A stretch of 63,809 bases of DNA, counting the filler, from Octopus bimaculoides (lineage: Eukaryota), in the NCBI RefSeq assembly GCF_001194135.2. It is 5 parts of 5 records of this genome, joined end to end, with 100 filler letters (N's around TTAATTAATTAA, not from the genome) between each part and the next. Parts side by side here need not be neighbours in the genome. Positions count along the whole stretch, not along the records: positions 30,000 to 38,835 come from NC_068999.1; positions 38,936 to 59,550 come from NC_068984.1; 3 more parts are not named here. The stretch is one strand, 5' to 3'. A program made the position numbers and the translations under genes. Positions 36,846 to 50,841 of this stretch are shown one piece after another. Below the pieces are notes generated by a model. It ran no database searches. It saw only the letters and a program-made list of their open reading frames with translations, and was not told the origin of the DNA. Position 1 is the first letter of the stretch. Every line of letters starts with the position of its first letter.

Positions 36846-38760
36846 TTACATGATTCAGAAGAATACATAATGGCTCCTACAACAAGAAGAGCTCCTCTGG
36901 TACCATTCTAACTCCTAACCATAACAGCAAAGCTTTCATCTCCATTATCCGTTATTTACTTGTACCAAAAAAAAAAAATAATAATAATAATGAAACAACG
37001 CGAAACGTTGGGTATCAAACTATCCGACAGGTTACGGGTACGGTGAGACTCGAAGTAGATAAAGCTACAAATAGTGGCGTGTAAGTATTGGATTATATAA
37101 CCCTCAGGATAGTAAAAATCGAAGGATACCCGTAAGACACGATACACAAACATGATAGACGTTCTGTCTGAATAAAAGATGGTATGGTCGTGAATGGAAC
37201 GCCAGCCGAACGACAAATGATAGAACACAGATCAACACACAGATCGGACAATGAATCAATGAATTGTTCTCAGTCGTTTTCCTTGATGCCGTAAGTCTGA
37301 GAGACCATGGCTGACTTGGAAACTTGGAATTAATCTGCAATAATGTCTGACAAGATCTTCAAATGTATTGTTGATTCTAAAAAAATGATAAAGGAGGGGG
37401 AAATATTTTATCTCAAATGACTGAGTATCAAATATTTTATCCGATAAAACTAATACTCTACCGAATATCAAATATTTTATCGCATGTGATTTATGGTTTA
37501 TCGATAGATACTAATACAAACAAACCGGTATATGTTTATCTTTCCGGAATGTGCAGCGATAAAAATAATTTCTTTATCTCCAACGATTTTAAAGGCCAAA
37601 CCATTCCTACCCTACAAAAATAATCATCATTAGTAAAACGATTCCAATCCACTGAAACTAAAAGAGCAATATTTATATCAAATAATTGTATTATTTGTAA
37701 GTATCGAAGTTCATTTAATGTCATCCGTTATGAGAAAGAATCTTTAATGACTGAAGTTATATATTATTGATACTCTAATTAATGATATCGATTTCTAAAA
37801 TGCTAAATTTTCGTTTTCAGAAACACAATCAAATTGTCAAAAACAATCACAGCTGGTATTTATGTAGTTAAAGGAATTAGTAATTGCTGGTGGGGATACC
37901 GCATTTCGTTATGCAACTGTAATATACTACTGAGTATATTGAAGACTTTTAAGTCAATACTGTGTCCTGTGTGTGTTAGCAGTGCGATTCAATCCATTTT
38001 AAAATATTTTCTATAGAAATAAGAGACAGCATTGAAAATTACGACGGTTCATATACGAACACGTCTAATGTAAACACCACATCCAACCCATTAAGGGCTC
38101 TAACCGTGCCACCCACCCAGGAATAGTAGATGGAGAAAATGGACGGACGGATAGACTTCATTCAGCAGAAATACCCCTTATTCCTTATTCTTTAACTATA
38201 AGATAACATTCCAGTTTGTAAAGATTAATTCCTTTAACTGCTCTTTAAAGTTGTCTCTACGGATTTTCTATGGAAATTAGAGCCAGCGCTGAAAGTTGCA
38301 ATGTCTCATATACGAATACGTCTTTGTAAACAATGCGATTGAAGGCAGAAAAATAAAATAGATAATGGAAGTATATTATGGTTGCATAACGAGATAAAGT
38401 GTCCCTACAAGCAACTAGTATGTACATACCAGTTGTCAGAAGTGTGTTTAGTATTTAAAATTGGTATATCTAATTGTGTTACTCCGCTAAATTTAGTGGC
38501 TATTTAAGCAATGTGTTCGTGGATGGTTAATCTTGTCCTATTTTTCATCTCCATCTTCCAGGATCACCAATACGTGACGTGTATACAGAAAGAAGCTCTT
38601 TTCTCCAATCCAACAACGACACCACCATTTACAACGGCCCCAATTCCAACGTCGTCAAATATTGTGCTGTCTAGAGCTTGCTTCTGTCCTCACAAAACTC
38701 CTTACTTCCCCCCTTTTCTCTCTCTATCTCTCTGTCTCTCTCTATCTGTCTCTCTGTTTC

Positions 38761-38835
<75 letters not shown>

Positions 38836-38935
38836 NNNNNNNNNNNNNNNNNNNNNNNNNNNNNNNNNNNNNNNNNNNNTTAATTAATTAANNNNNNNNN
38901 NNNNNNNNNNNNNNNNNNNNNNNNNNNNNNNNNNN

Positions 38936-38984
<49 letters not shown>

Positions 38985-39169
38985 CACACATTCTACGCAA
39001 AACACTTTCAATACAGTAAACATAAGAGCACCACAGCAAACCACAGCACATACCCAAGGCGCACAGAGCTGCGCTCGGTAGTGAAGTGAAAGCACGTCAT
39101 AAAAATAAAACTACTGAACAACAATAATAATAATAATAATAATAAAAATGATAATAATAATAATAAACT

Positions 39170-39375
39170 CTTTTCTAATATTGGCCAGCGATTTTGTGGG
39201 GAAGGGGCAAGTCGGTTACGTTGACTGCAGCACTTGACTGGTACTTGTTTTATCGACCCGGAATTGACGATAGTCCAAGTTGACCTTGGCAGAATACGAA
39301 CTCAGAATATACAGAACCATAAAATATACCACTAAGCATTCTGTCCTCGCGGTAATGATTCTGCTAGCTTGCAAT
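39170..39375 (-). mobile_element. SINE family A, degenerate
   Basis: tggtacttgttttatcgacccgg...gaactcagaa...ctgctagct. Confidence 0.65.
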
Positions 39376-39711
39376 CTTAAAAATAATGCTTGTTCTTTAT
39401 TAACCGAAGCAATTACTCTGAAGATAAAAATAAATTACAACGAATTTGAAAGTAGAGGACTTGCAAAAACGTCTGACGTGCCATACGAAAACACTTCTCG
39501 GTTAGTCAGCACATCTTGTGTATGTATGTACATATTTATGTCTGTATGCGTGTATGCATGTATGTATGCATGAATGTATATGCATGCCTCCATGTCTATA
39601 TGTATGTGCGTATGTATAGCAATATGTATGTATCCATGTACCTATGTATGCATGCTTGTGCTTGTAAATATATTTACATTCATACACGTTCATACAATCA
39701 TCATCACTATG

Positions 39712-39761
<50 letters not shown>

Positions 39762-39856
39762 ATCTATATCTATATATANNNNNNNNNNNNNNNNNNNNNN
39801 NNNNNNNNNNNNNNNNNNNNNNNNNNNNNNNNNNNNNNNNNNNNNNNATATATACA

Positions 39857-40383
39857 CAGGGTTATTAATAAAATTAACCGATTTTCTTATGCAATATTTT
39901 GATAAGGCAAAGCAATAGAACACTCCAGCTAAGTCACAAGTATTTACTCACAACCAACTTTTATTTCCTGTCTTACAGGTGTTCAATGTGGCCACCACCT
40001 GCAGCACGGGTAACATCTATGCGATACGCGATGCGTATCCATACGCGTATTAGCATATGACGATCCACAGTGTTGTTCGCTGTTGTTATTCCATGTTTAA
40101 GGTCATCGCGGTTAGTGGTGAATGGCTGCCACAGGGTCACTGTAGTCGCGTCGTCCCTCTGGCAACTCAATGGATCGTGATATGCTGATAGGCGTCAGAG
40201 AGGAATTCGCTTATCGCATAGATGTTACCCGTGCTGCAGGTGGTGGCCACATTGAACGCTTGTAAGACACGAAATAAAAGTTGATTATGAGTAGATACTT
40301 GTGACTTAGCTGGAGTCTTCTATTGCTTTTCCTTATTAAGATATTGCGTAATGATATCGCGTCATTCTTTTTGAATACCCCTG
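39857..40383. mobile_element. Palindromic Tc1/mariner-derived foldback element made of two transposon 3' ends
   Basis: Inverted arms of about 220 bp each encode a transposase C-terminus (minus: ...AYRIDVTRAAGGGHIEHL*; plus: ...EEFAYRIDVTRAAGGGHIERL*). The outer ends are caggg...ccctg, with TA at the right end. Confidence 0.8.
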
Positions 40384-40400
40384 TATATATATGTGTGTGA

Positions 40401-40735
40401 TGGCGCATGGCTCAGTGGTTATAGCGTAGAGCTTACGATTGTGAGGTTGTGAGTTCGAATCCCAGACCGGGCTGTGTGTTGTGTTCTTGAGCAAGACACT
40501 TTATTTCACGTTGATCCAGTTCACTCAGCTGTAGAAATGAGTTGTGACGTCGTCGCAGGTGCCAAGCTGTATCGACCTTGCCTTTCCCTTGGATAACACT
40601 GGTGGCGTGGAGAGGGGAGGCCGGTATGCATGGGCAACTGCTGGTCTTCCATATACAACCTTGCCCGGACTTGTGCTTGAGAGGGTAACTTTCTAGTAGC
40701 TATCTCATGGTCCGTCATGACCGAAGGGGGTCTCT
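40401..40735 (+). mobile_element. tRNA-derived SINE, family C
   Basis: tggcgcatggctcagtggttatagcg (A box)...gagttcgaatccc (B box), followed by a non-tRNA body. Confidence 0.85.
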
Positions 40736-40804
40736 GCAGTGCGTGTGTGTGTAAATATAAACAAACAAATATTTGTTCTTTTATTAGAGGCATATATATG
40801 AACG

Positions 40805-41195
40805 CGTGGTGGTGCAATGGCACAGTGGTTAGGGCAGCAGACTCGCGGTCATAGGATCGCGGTTTTGATACCCAGACCGGGCGTTGTGAGTGTTTATTGA
40901 GCGAAAACACCTAAAGCTCCACGAGGCTCCGGCAAGGGATGGTGGCGAACCCTGCTGTACTCTTTCACCACAACTTTCTCTCACTCTTACTTCCTGTTTC
41001 TGTTGTGCCTGTAATTCAAAGGGTCAGACTTGTCACACTGTGTCACGCTGAAATTCTCTGAGAACAACGTTAGGGGTACACGTGTTTGTGGAGTGCTCAG
41101 CCACTTGCACGTTAATTTCGCGAGCAGGCTGTTCCGTTGATCGGATCAACTGGAACCTTCGACGTTGTAAGCGACGGAGTGCCAACAACAACAAA
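40805..41195 (+). mobile_element. tRNA-derived SINE, family D, ending in (CAA)n
   Basis: gcaatggcacagtggttagggcagc...ggttttgataccc head; its 3' part is similar to the reverse complement of 26220-26370. Confidence 0.8.
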
Positions 41196-41744
41196 ATATA
41201 TGAACGTAAGCATGCACAATAAAATATCATGACAAAAGACGTTTGTCTCAAGCGTAGCTAAGACAATACAGATTCACCGAAGTGCCATACTTCTAAATAA
41301 AAACCTCTGTCAAAATAACTGACTAAAATTCGTTAAAGGTAAGGCTCTAGCATGGACGCAGTCCAATGAACTGAAACTAGCGAAAGCGAAACAGAGGAGA
41401 CGCAGGAATGCTAACCTATCACGAAGATCAATTTGATGAATTTAATAAAATATTTCGCTCAGGCTCTTGACAAGGTTTTCAATCATTTCAACCTATTTTT
41501 GTCACGTTTAACATCTGTTTGAATATATCCGCATAGTTTCAGAGGAATAAATTTAGTCTTTCTTCAATTTTGGCTTGTTTCTGACCTTTTTCTTTTGATG
41601 TATTTCTCGCAGCGTTTACCTCATCGTCATCGGTTCTAACTCACAGATTGTTCTCCTTTTCATACCAACAGCCAACACAACATCCACACACAAAACAACA
41701 CCACTGCCGTCATCATCGTCTCCGAGATCATTATCGTCGTCGTT

Positions 41745-41845
41745 GTGATCATCATCATTATCACGATCATGATCATTAATATCGTCACATCATCATCATC
41801 ATCATCATCATCATTGTCATCATCGTTGTCATCATCATCATCATC

Positions 41846-41877
<32 letters not shown>

Positions 41878-42557
41878 CACCATCAGCATCATCAATATCG
41901 TCACATCATCATCATCATCATCATCGTCATCATCATCATTGTCATCATCGTTGTCATCATCATCATCATCATCATCATCGCCATCATCATCATCATCANN
42001 NNNNNNNNNNNNNNNNNNNNNNNNNNNNNNNNNNNNNNNNNNNNNNNNNNNNNNNNNNNNNNNNNNNNNNNNNNNNNNNNNNNNNNNNNNNNNNNNNNNN
42101 NNNNNNNNNNNNNNNNNNNNNNNNNNNNNNNNNNNNNNNNNNNNNNNNNNNNNNNNNNNNNNNNNNNNNNNNNNNNNNNNNNNNNNNNNNNNNNNNNNNN
42201 NNNNNNNNNNNNNNNNNNNNNNNNNNNNNNNNNNNNNNNNNNNNNNNNNNNNNNNNNNNNNNNNNNNNNNNNNNNNNNNNNNNNNNNNNNNNNNNNNNNN
42301 NNNNNNNNNNNNNNNNATCATCGTCGTCATCATCATCATTGTCATCATCGTCGTCATCATCATCATCATCATCATCATCATCGTCATCATCATCATTGTC
42401 ATCATCGTTGTCATCATCATCATCATCATCATCATCGCCATCATCATCATCATCATCAGTACCATCAGCATCATCAATATCGTCACTATCATCGTCATCA
42501 TCATCATTGTCGTCGTCATCATCGTCGTCATCATCATCATCGCCATCATCGTCGTCG

Positions 42558-42605
<48 letters not shown>

Positions 42606-42943
42606 CTGTTGCCCTTTCACTAAAAATTCAGGTCAGCTGTCTATAGTAGAACGATATTTCATCATTATTATATCCATCATCGTCATTGTTGTCGTGGTGG
42701 TCGTGGTGGTCGTCATCATCCTTCTCCTCCTCTTCCTTCTCATCATCACCATCATCATTATCATGATCAGCGTTACCATCGTCATTATCGTCATCATCAA
42801 CGACATAGTCAAAATCGTCTTCGTTGTGATCATCAGTGCCCGAGCCATCGTCATCTTTCTCCCCTCCATTTGTTGCTGTTGTTGTTGTTGTTGCTGTTGT
42901 TGCTGCTGCTGTTATTGTTATTGTTGTTGCTGCTGTTATTGTT

Positions 42944-42976
<33 letters not shown>

Positions 42977-43320
42977 CTTCTTCTTCTTCTTCTTCTTCTT
43001 CTTCTTCTTCTTCTTCTTCTTCTTCTTCTTCTTCTTCTTCTTCTTCTTCTTCTTCTTCTTCATCTTCTTCATCTTCTTCCTCTTCTTCCCCTCCTCTTAC
43101 TTCCTCGTCAGCAGCATAATAATTATCATAAGCATCATCATCTTCAGCGTTATTGTCGTAGTCGACGTCTCCACCACTGCTGTCATCGACAATGTTATAT
43201 TTTTTTGTCATTGTCATCGTTGTCGTCGTCATCATCATCATCATCATCATCATCATCGTCGTCGTAGTCGTCGTCGTCGTCGTCGTCTTCATCATCATCA
43301 TCATCTATCATGATCATCTT
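41745..43320. repeat. Compound trinucleotide microsatellite field (ATC, GTC, TTG, TTC) with a gap
   Basis: Direct inspection; includes a roughly 125-bp higher-order unit (aatatcgtcac...gcaccatcagcatcatc) seen on both sides of the gap. Confidence 0.95.
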
Positions 43321-45506
43321 CATCACCATTAATATCACCGCATGTTCAAACCACTTGAAAGCATTTGGCGGGTTCTGACGTTTTTGTGGTTAAAAAAAAA
43401 TTGGGGTTACTAATAATAATAATAATAATTAACAATATAATACATATCGAAAATGCGATGCACCCACAAGCATTTAAGAAACAAGATGAAGAACAAAGAT
43501 CTACGCAAATGGTTTAAGGAGATTGACATAAAATGCCCAGTAGCCCACCTACAGAAAATTTGTCTCTTAGGGACGGCAAAGATTATCAGGAGGGTTCTAA
43601 GCACTTGAAAGAAGCTGAAAACTTGTGGATAGCTAAGGTTACAAATAGTATTTGTCAGGAGTAAGACCGAATCTGAGCTAAACCAAAATAATAATAACAA
43701 TGTGTGTGTGTATATATATATATGTATACGTGTACTTCTGCATCTGTGTGTTGATGAGTATATCTCACCTTTGACAATCTGTTTCTTTATTGTTCCGTAG
43801 CCTCGCAGTTTAGCACACAACGTGAGAGAACACTTAAATAAGTAATGAGTTCGATTTGAGCAGTTAAACACTTCAAGTGTCTCAACATTGTTGCAATCAA
43901 ATGACAAGGTAAAAAATACATACATACATAAATACATACATACATAAATACATACGTAATTATGTGAATGCAACATTACATTACATAGATACTTTTCTTT
44001 CATTCTGTTTTTATGTGATATTTTTTATATATTAATACAATAATTTTTATATTTTACTGAGAAAATCTTTCTTCAAATATAGTAACTTATATATACATAT
44101 ATATACACAAAACATCATATATATATATATATTTGCGTATATATATATATGCTTATATATGTGTATGTGTGTATGTTTATATACATATATATATATATTA
44201 TACACACACATGCATATACACATATAAACATATATACCTGCGTGTTTTAATAGACATATCTTGAACCAGATGCTCTAAAATGAAAAATTAAATAAAAATA
44301 CAAATAAAATAAAGCCATCTTGAAAAATACTATAAAAAAGTAAAATAGATGAATAAACATATAAAATATAATAAAATGACAAATGTAATAAAATGAGTAA
44401 TAAACACTTAAACGAAACAAAAAAGAATCAATAAGAACATAGTAAAGCTTTTCTTCACACAAAGAAATTTGAATTTAGCATATATTGTTCCTTTTTTTAT
44501 TGTTTTTACTTCTACCTTTAACCTTCGAGGAATTTTTATATTTTGTCGATTAAATTTTTTTTGTTTACGATTTTCTTTTCTTTTCATTTCAACTTTAAAT
44601 ATTGATTGTAGATGTATAAAAAAATACTGTTATTGTCAAAATATTTGTTTTTAATGTTATAAAGAGGCGGAGAATGTTTACTACCTCGATCTGTTTCAGG
44701 TTTTCTGACTGACTGACTGACTGACTGTATGTATGTATGTTTTATATACGGAGAAGGAAGGAAACGAAAAGAAATTAAAAACATGTTTTCTATGTTTTTC
44801 CAACAAACATTTAATACATTTCCATCTTCAGTTGACATTCATAGTGTAAATATACAATGTAATTTTATTTTGCTTCTTTATACTAAACAGCCACGTTTTA
44901 CTAACCTCATTTATATCTTCTACTTAACCTTCTTCTTCTTCTTCTTCTTCCTCTCAATCTCTTTCTCTATCACACACACACATGCGCACACACACATATA
45001 TGCATACATACACACACGTATATAACACGTATATATATATATATNNNNNNNNNNNNNNNNNNNNNNNNNNNNNNNNNNNNNNNNNNNNNNNNNNNNNNNN
45101 NNNNNNNNNNNNNNNNNNNNNNNNNNNNNNNNNNNNNNNNNNNNNNNNNNNNNNNNNNNNNNNNNNNNNNNNNNNNNNNNNNNNNNNNNNNNNNNNNNNN
45201 NNNNNNNNNNNNNNNNNNNNNNNNNNNNNNNNNNNNNNNNNNNNNNNNNNNNNNNNNNNNNNNNNNNNNNNNNNNNNNNNNNNNNNNNNNNNNNNNNNNN
45301 NNNNNNNNNNNNNNNNNNNNNNNNNNNNNNNNNNNNNNNNNNNNNNNNNNNNNNNNNNNNNNNNNNNNNNNNNNNNNNNNNNNNNNNNNNNNNNNNNNNN
45401 NNNNNNNNNNNNNNNNNNNNNNNNNNNNNNNNNNNNNNNNNNNNNNNNNNNNNNNNNNNNNNNNNNNNNNNNNNNNNNNNNNNNNNNNNNNNNNNNNNNN
45501 NNNNNN

Positions 45507-45541
<35 letters not shown>

Positions 45542-47580
45542 GAAACAAAAACGCAATAGAGGGCAATAAAATATCCAGACAGATAGACGATACAAAAACG
45601 GACAGGAGAAACTACAGAGGAACAGGAAAAAAGCATGGATCATTCGCGGCCTTCTTTCGTCAGTCAACTTACTAGATGTCCTTATAGTTACGGGCAGTTA
45701 CACTTGAGACTGTTCGATCTGGTTGTCCCCAAAAGTCTAAGCTAAGAGCATTAGATTTTTTTTATAAGAAAGCTAACGAATATGTACGACAACAAAACAA
45801 CAAAAACAAAAACGGAGAAAATGGTACACAATTACAAATACATTTATTTATTAGATATTAGCTTTATGCTCTTTGGAAATCGACTTTTCAGTGCAAAATT
45901 ATGTTCAATTTTGTATATATCTATATTAAAACAATTTGTTTTTATCGATATTATAGTTAGGTATTATATTATTTGAAATTGTTTTTTTCTTTTGAATATC
46001 GGGTAACTTCAAGATTGCATTGGTGACTGCTTGAGCATACAACAGCGAATGTGATGGCAAGGGGGAATTAACTCTGCTCGTTCAGTGTTTTTGTGTGATG
46101 TTCAAATATGAAAGTTTCATTTCTAAATTATGTTTAAATTACGAATTAAATTTGGTTAAACGACTTCCAAATAAAATAATCGCTTTAGTGACACCTTATT
46201 TAATATAATTATCCTCCATTTCTTTCAATATATAATAATAAAGATACACAAAATATTTTCTGGTTTACAGTCGTTTTCCATAAAACTAAGTCAGTATATT
46301 TAATAAATTTACATAATTACCATAAAAACGTCACACGCATAAACAATACAACCAAAAATCGCATCTACCGCATCACCCAACGATAATCAGTGATTACAAT
46401 TTTGAAACGTTGTTACTGAGTTTATAAAGGAAATTTTAAGAGTAAATTCTTATGTTTTAGTATATTAAATTGAGATTGTAAAATCTTGCAGTAGATTACC
46501 TGACAGGCCACGTGATGGCGAACCGAAATGTTGCAATACGAATATGTACGTAACATTCAGCTTGAAGTACACAATATATTGTAGTCTGTAAACAAGTGAT
46601 TGGTTTAAATAATTACGTACATCTATATGTATGCATGCATATCCTCCCCGCCCCTCATCATCATTATCATCATCAATTGAGGCTCACTCTTCCATGCCTA
46701 CATTGGTTAAAAGGAACTGATGGAAGCAGATTTTCTATGACCAGATGATATTCCTGTCGCCAAACCTCACCTGTTTCCAACCAAGGTAATACTTTGCTTT
46801 GGCCGCACATGTTTATTCACGGAAAACTGACAACGAACTACATCACTAGTATGACGATGAAGCTCGTATACAACAATCACATGATGTCAAGACAACAGTA
46901 CATTCAAATAGAGACTGCTACATATATATGTATGTATGAACCTTTGGATACATATTATATATATGTAAGAATTTATGAGAGGCTTGCGCCGAAAGTGTTA
47001 CACAGTGGGACTAAAGCGAAGATACATTATTGGAAAGCAAGCTTCTTAATTACACGGTCACGTCTGTACCTATTGCCACAACCCTTGATTACATGGTTGG
47101 AAAACAAGCTTCTTAACACACAGCTGCGCCTCTAAAACTGGATAAAAGGATAGAATATAGGATATCCTGTGTAAGCTGAAGCATCGTTACTCAGAGTTTT
47201 AATATCAGATAAATCTTAAGAAATTAACGGACGATTAGAAGGAAAACTATTCGCATATCCACGTTGAATACATGTGTATGGATCTTTCTGTGTTCCTATG
47301 TGTATGTATATGTATAATCCAAATATCTGGTGGAAAATAAAAACCGAACAGAACATGTTTGATTATTTTACATAATTACTTGTAGTTCATTTTAACCCCA
47401 GCAAGCAATTAATTACTTTCGCAATTAATTACTCAGTGAAATACACAATCCAAAAGTCTAAGAGTCACTTGTTAATATTTTATTCCTTTATCGTATTTAA
47501 TTTTAAAAGATCTTTCTAGAACATCTAAGAAGAAAAATCTGAACATCTAAAAAGCAATATTTTTTCAATAACGTAAAGCG

Positions 47581-47992
47581 GTGAAGGCAGCGAGCTGGCA
47601 GAAACGTTAGGACGCCGGACGAAATGCTTAGCAGTATTTCGCCCGTCGCTACGTTCTGAATTCAAATTCTGCCGAAGTCGACTTTGCCTTTCATCCTTTC
47701 CGGGTCGATAAATTAAGTACCAGTTACGCATTGGGGTCGATGTAATTGACTTAATCCCTTTGTCTGTCCTTGTTTGTCCCCTCTATGTTTAGCCCCTTGT
47801 GGACAATAAAGAAATAAGAAAAGTTAGCACGCCAGGCGAAATGCTTAGCGGCATTTCGTCTGTCTTTACGTTCTGATTTCAAATTCCGCCGAGGTCGATG
47901 AATTAAGTAGCAGTTGCGTATTGGGGTCGATCTAATCGACTTGTCCCCTCCCTCAAAATTTAGGGCCTTGTGCTTAGAGAAGATAAGAAAAG
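47581..47992 (+). mobile_element. SINE family A dimer (one full copy plus one 5'-truncated copy) flanked by a 14-bp direct repeat
   Basis: aataacgtaaagcg occurs at 47567-47580 and 47993-48006. Confidence 0.85.
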
Positions 47993-48000
47993 AATAACGT

Positions 48001-48200
48001 AAAGCGCTGAGCTGCCAGAACCGTTAGCATGCCAGGCAAAATCCCGAGCGGCATTTTTTCTGGCTTTACGTTCTAAGTTCAAATTCAGCCGCGGTCGAAT
48101 TTGCCATTTATCCTTTCAGTGTCGATTAAAAAAGAGCCAGTTGACGACTAGAGTCGATGTAATCCACTACCCTCTTCCCCGAAAAATTTCAGGCATAGTA
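48001..48200 (+). mobile_element. Older SINE family A copy
   Basis: aaagcgctgagctgccagaaccgttagcatgcc...agttcaaattcagcc. Confidence 0.75.
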
Positions 48201-50804
48201 CCTATAGTAGAAAGGATTCAGTATCGCAACTATTCATTTACAATGCGTTTCAATTGATTCAGGTGTAATTACCAGATCACTGTTGTTTTTTTCACCATGA
48301 AAGATTATCTCCCTTTTGAAGACGTGTGTCCAATCCCCCGAGGGGAATTTGAGACTCCAATATTTCAATCAGCGCAATTTAATCTGCCTGTACATAATTA
48401 ATTTCAGCCTGGCAAAGCTTCGCACATACCAACATATGTTTCACTTGTGGCTTTAATATAAGAACGGTAGCTCTTATTGGACTGTGAACAAAAGATTCTG
48501 TATGTGTAGCTAGTGAAGTGTAATGACACAGAAACATGTGTACTAGGTCTAGTAATGTTTTGTCCCAGTTCTCTATTTTTTACAAAGATTATCAATAAAA
48601 AAATTTATCTCAGACGAAATTGTGAAATATAATTGTACACAGTTATATTGTGATCAACGCTACTTTTTGTGCTTCTAATGAATTAATTTTCACTTGCCAA
48701 TGCTTTACATACATAAGCAAATATATTATTTACTGTTTATATGTAAGACCGTGGTTTTTTTTTAATGGGCTGTGAACTACAGATCTGGTGTCCATAGCTG
48801 ATGAAGTCTGTCAACGAAAAAATACTTGTCCCACGGTCTGAGAGAACACTATTCAGAGCCCAGTGTGTCGATTTTGTCGACCAGTAGTACTTGACTAAGA
48901 CACAGTTTTATTCAACTGAAAAGGATGAAAAGCAAGGGTAATCTCGGAGAGATTTGAGCGCAATATAAAGGTCCGGAATATCTCACTGAAATTTTCCGAC
49001 TCTAACGTTTGTGGCAGTTTACCATCGATAAAAGTGATGAAGAATTCTTTCTGATTTAGGCACAAAGCCTAAAATTTCCAAGGAGCTAGTCAATAATACG
49101 TATCCCAGCAGTTACGTTATTTTATATACACCGGAGACGTGAAAGGCAAAGTTAATTTCGGCGGAATTAGAACTTAGAATGGAGAGAACTTGAAGAAATG
49201 CAGAGCATTTTTTAATTCCAAATCTTTAACAATTGTTGTTAGTTCGCCGCCTTTTCATGTCATGAATAACAAAGAAAAAAGAAAAACGTAATAAAAGAAA
49301 GCATTAACAGGAACAATTAAAAGAATTATGATGTATTGCTCAAGATAAATTTTGGGGTTGCCTTTATTACTTCTTTACTTCTGACTTATAAAAGCAGAAC
49401 GTGGTGAAAGAAACATAAGATAGTCGATACAAAATGAAATTAAAAATGAACAAAAAACGTAAATAAAAGGGAACAATAGAAATAAACGATTAATGATTTT
49501 TTGAAAAATGAACAAAAATATGAAGACACAAAAACAGAACAATAGTCAATGAAACAAAAATGAACAAATAGTAAAAAAAAAGTTAACGTTTGTAAAAGAA
49601 TACAAACAAACAAGTAATACCAAAAAGAATGGGTGGGTCGGACAAAAATTAAAAATTAGTAAAGTGAACGAAAAATATACAATGTGAAGTGAAATACAAA
49701 AAAACAAATGTAATGAAATCTAAAACGAAAATGCAATAAAATAAAGAGAATAAAAAAATAAAGAGAAAAAAAAAATGAATAAATAAATAAATAAATACAC
49801 AAGTTAAATGGAATAAAGATGAAATGAAAAAAGCAACATCATTAGTGTTATCAGTGTAGTAAATAATAATACTAGAGATTACTAAATAATTTTTGGGAAT
49901 CAACTCGAGCATATCTTGATTTGAGATCAAATATCTGATTAGGGGGCTTTGTGTACAAATACCCACCCTCCATACACATACACGCACGCACACACACATT
50001 CAATAAATACTCACATATTCAGTATTACTACTGCTTTCTCTCTCTCAATAAATCATTTTATCTTCCTATCATCCTATTATTTTCCTATCACTCTCAAGAT
50101 GTATTTATAGATGCATACATGAATATGGATGCAATATATATTCATACATATACGTGTGTGTGTGTGTGTGTGCATGTCGTGTGCCTATATACACCTTTAT
50201 ATATATATATGCATACTTATATATANNNNNNNNNNNNNNNNNNNNNNNNNNNNNNNNNNNNNNNNNNNNNNNNNNNNNNNNNNNNNNNNNNNNNNNNNNN
50301 NNNNNNNNNNNNNNNNNNNNNNNNNNNNNNNNNNNNNNNNNNNNNNNNNNNNNNNNNNATATATATATATATATATACATACATACATAAATACATATAT
50401 GTATACACCCACATATATATATCTATACACACATATACAAATATGTATACATATAGATATGTGCATGCATGAATATATATGTATATGTGGGTGTGGGGGT
50501 ATGTATATATTTTTATGAATTTAATTTCTGTAAGTTTTGTGTCTTAAGGTGTATAAATGCCTATTTAGTCTATGTGGTCTTTATTTGATAATAGAGATAG
50601 AAATCACACATAAAATACCTTCAAGCGAAGAATTAATCTCGATAATACTTAAAGTATGAGCGTATAATGTGTATAATATGCAGCTGCTTCAAGATGGTAA
50701 TATTGGTTTAATCTTCATTCCAATGCTTAGATATTATCCCTTACCTCCCGTTTTAAATTCTTATCTATTTTTCTTCAACTTCGTGACATCCCTGTTGTTT
50801 GTGT

Positions 50805-50841
<37 letters not shown>

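Noticed and set aside
40401-40470. tRNA-like sequences at SINE heads
   Set aside because: A and B boxes are present, but the acceptor stems are incomplete and they run into SINE bodies; not functional tRNA genes.
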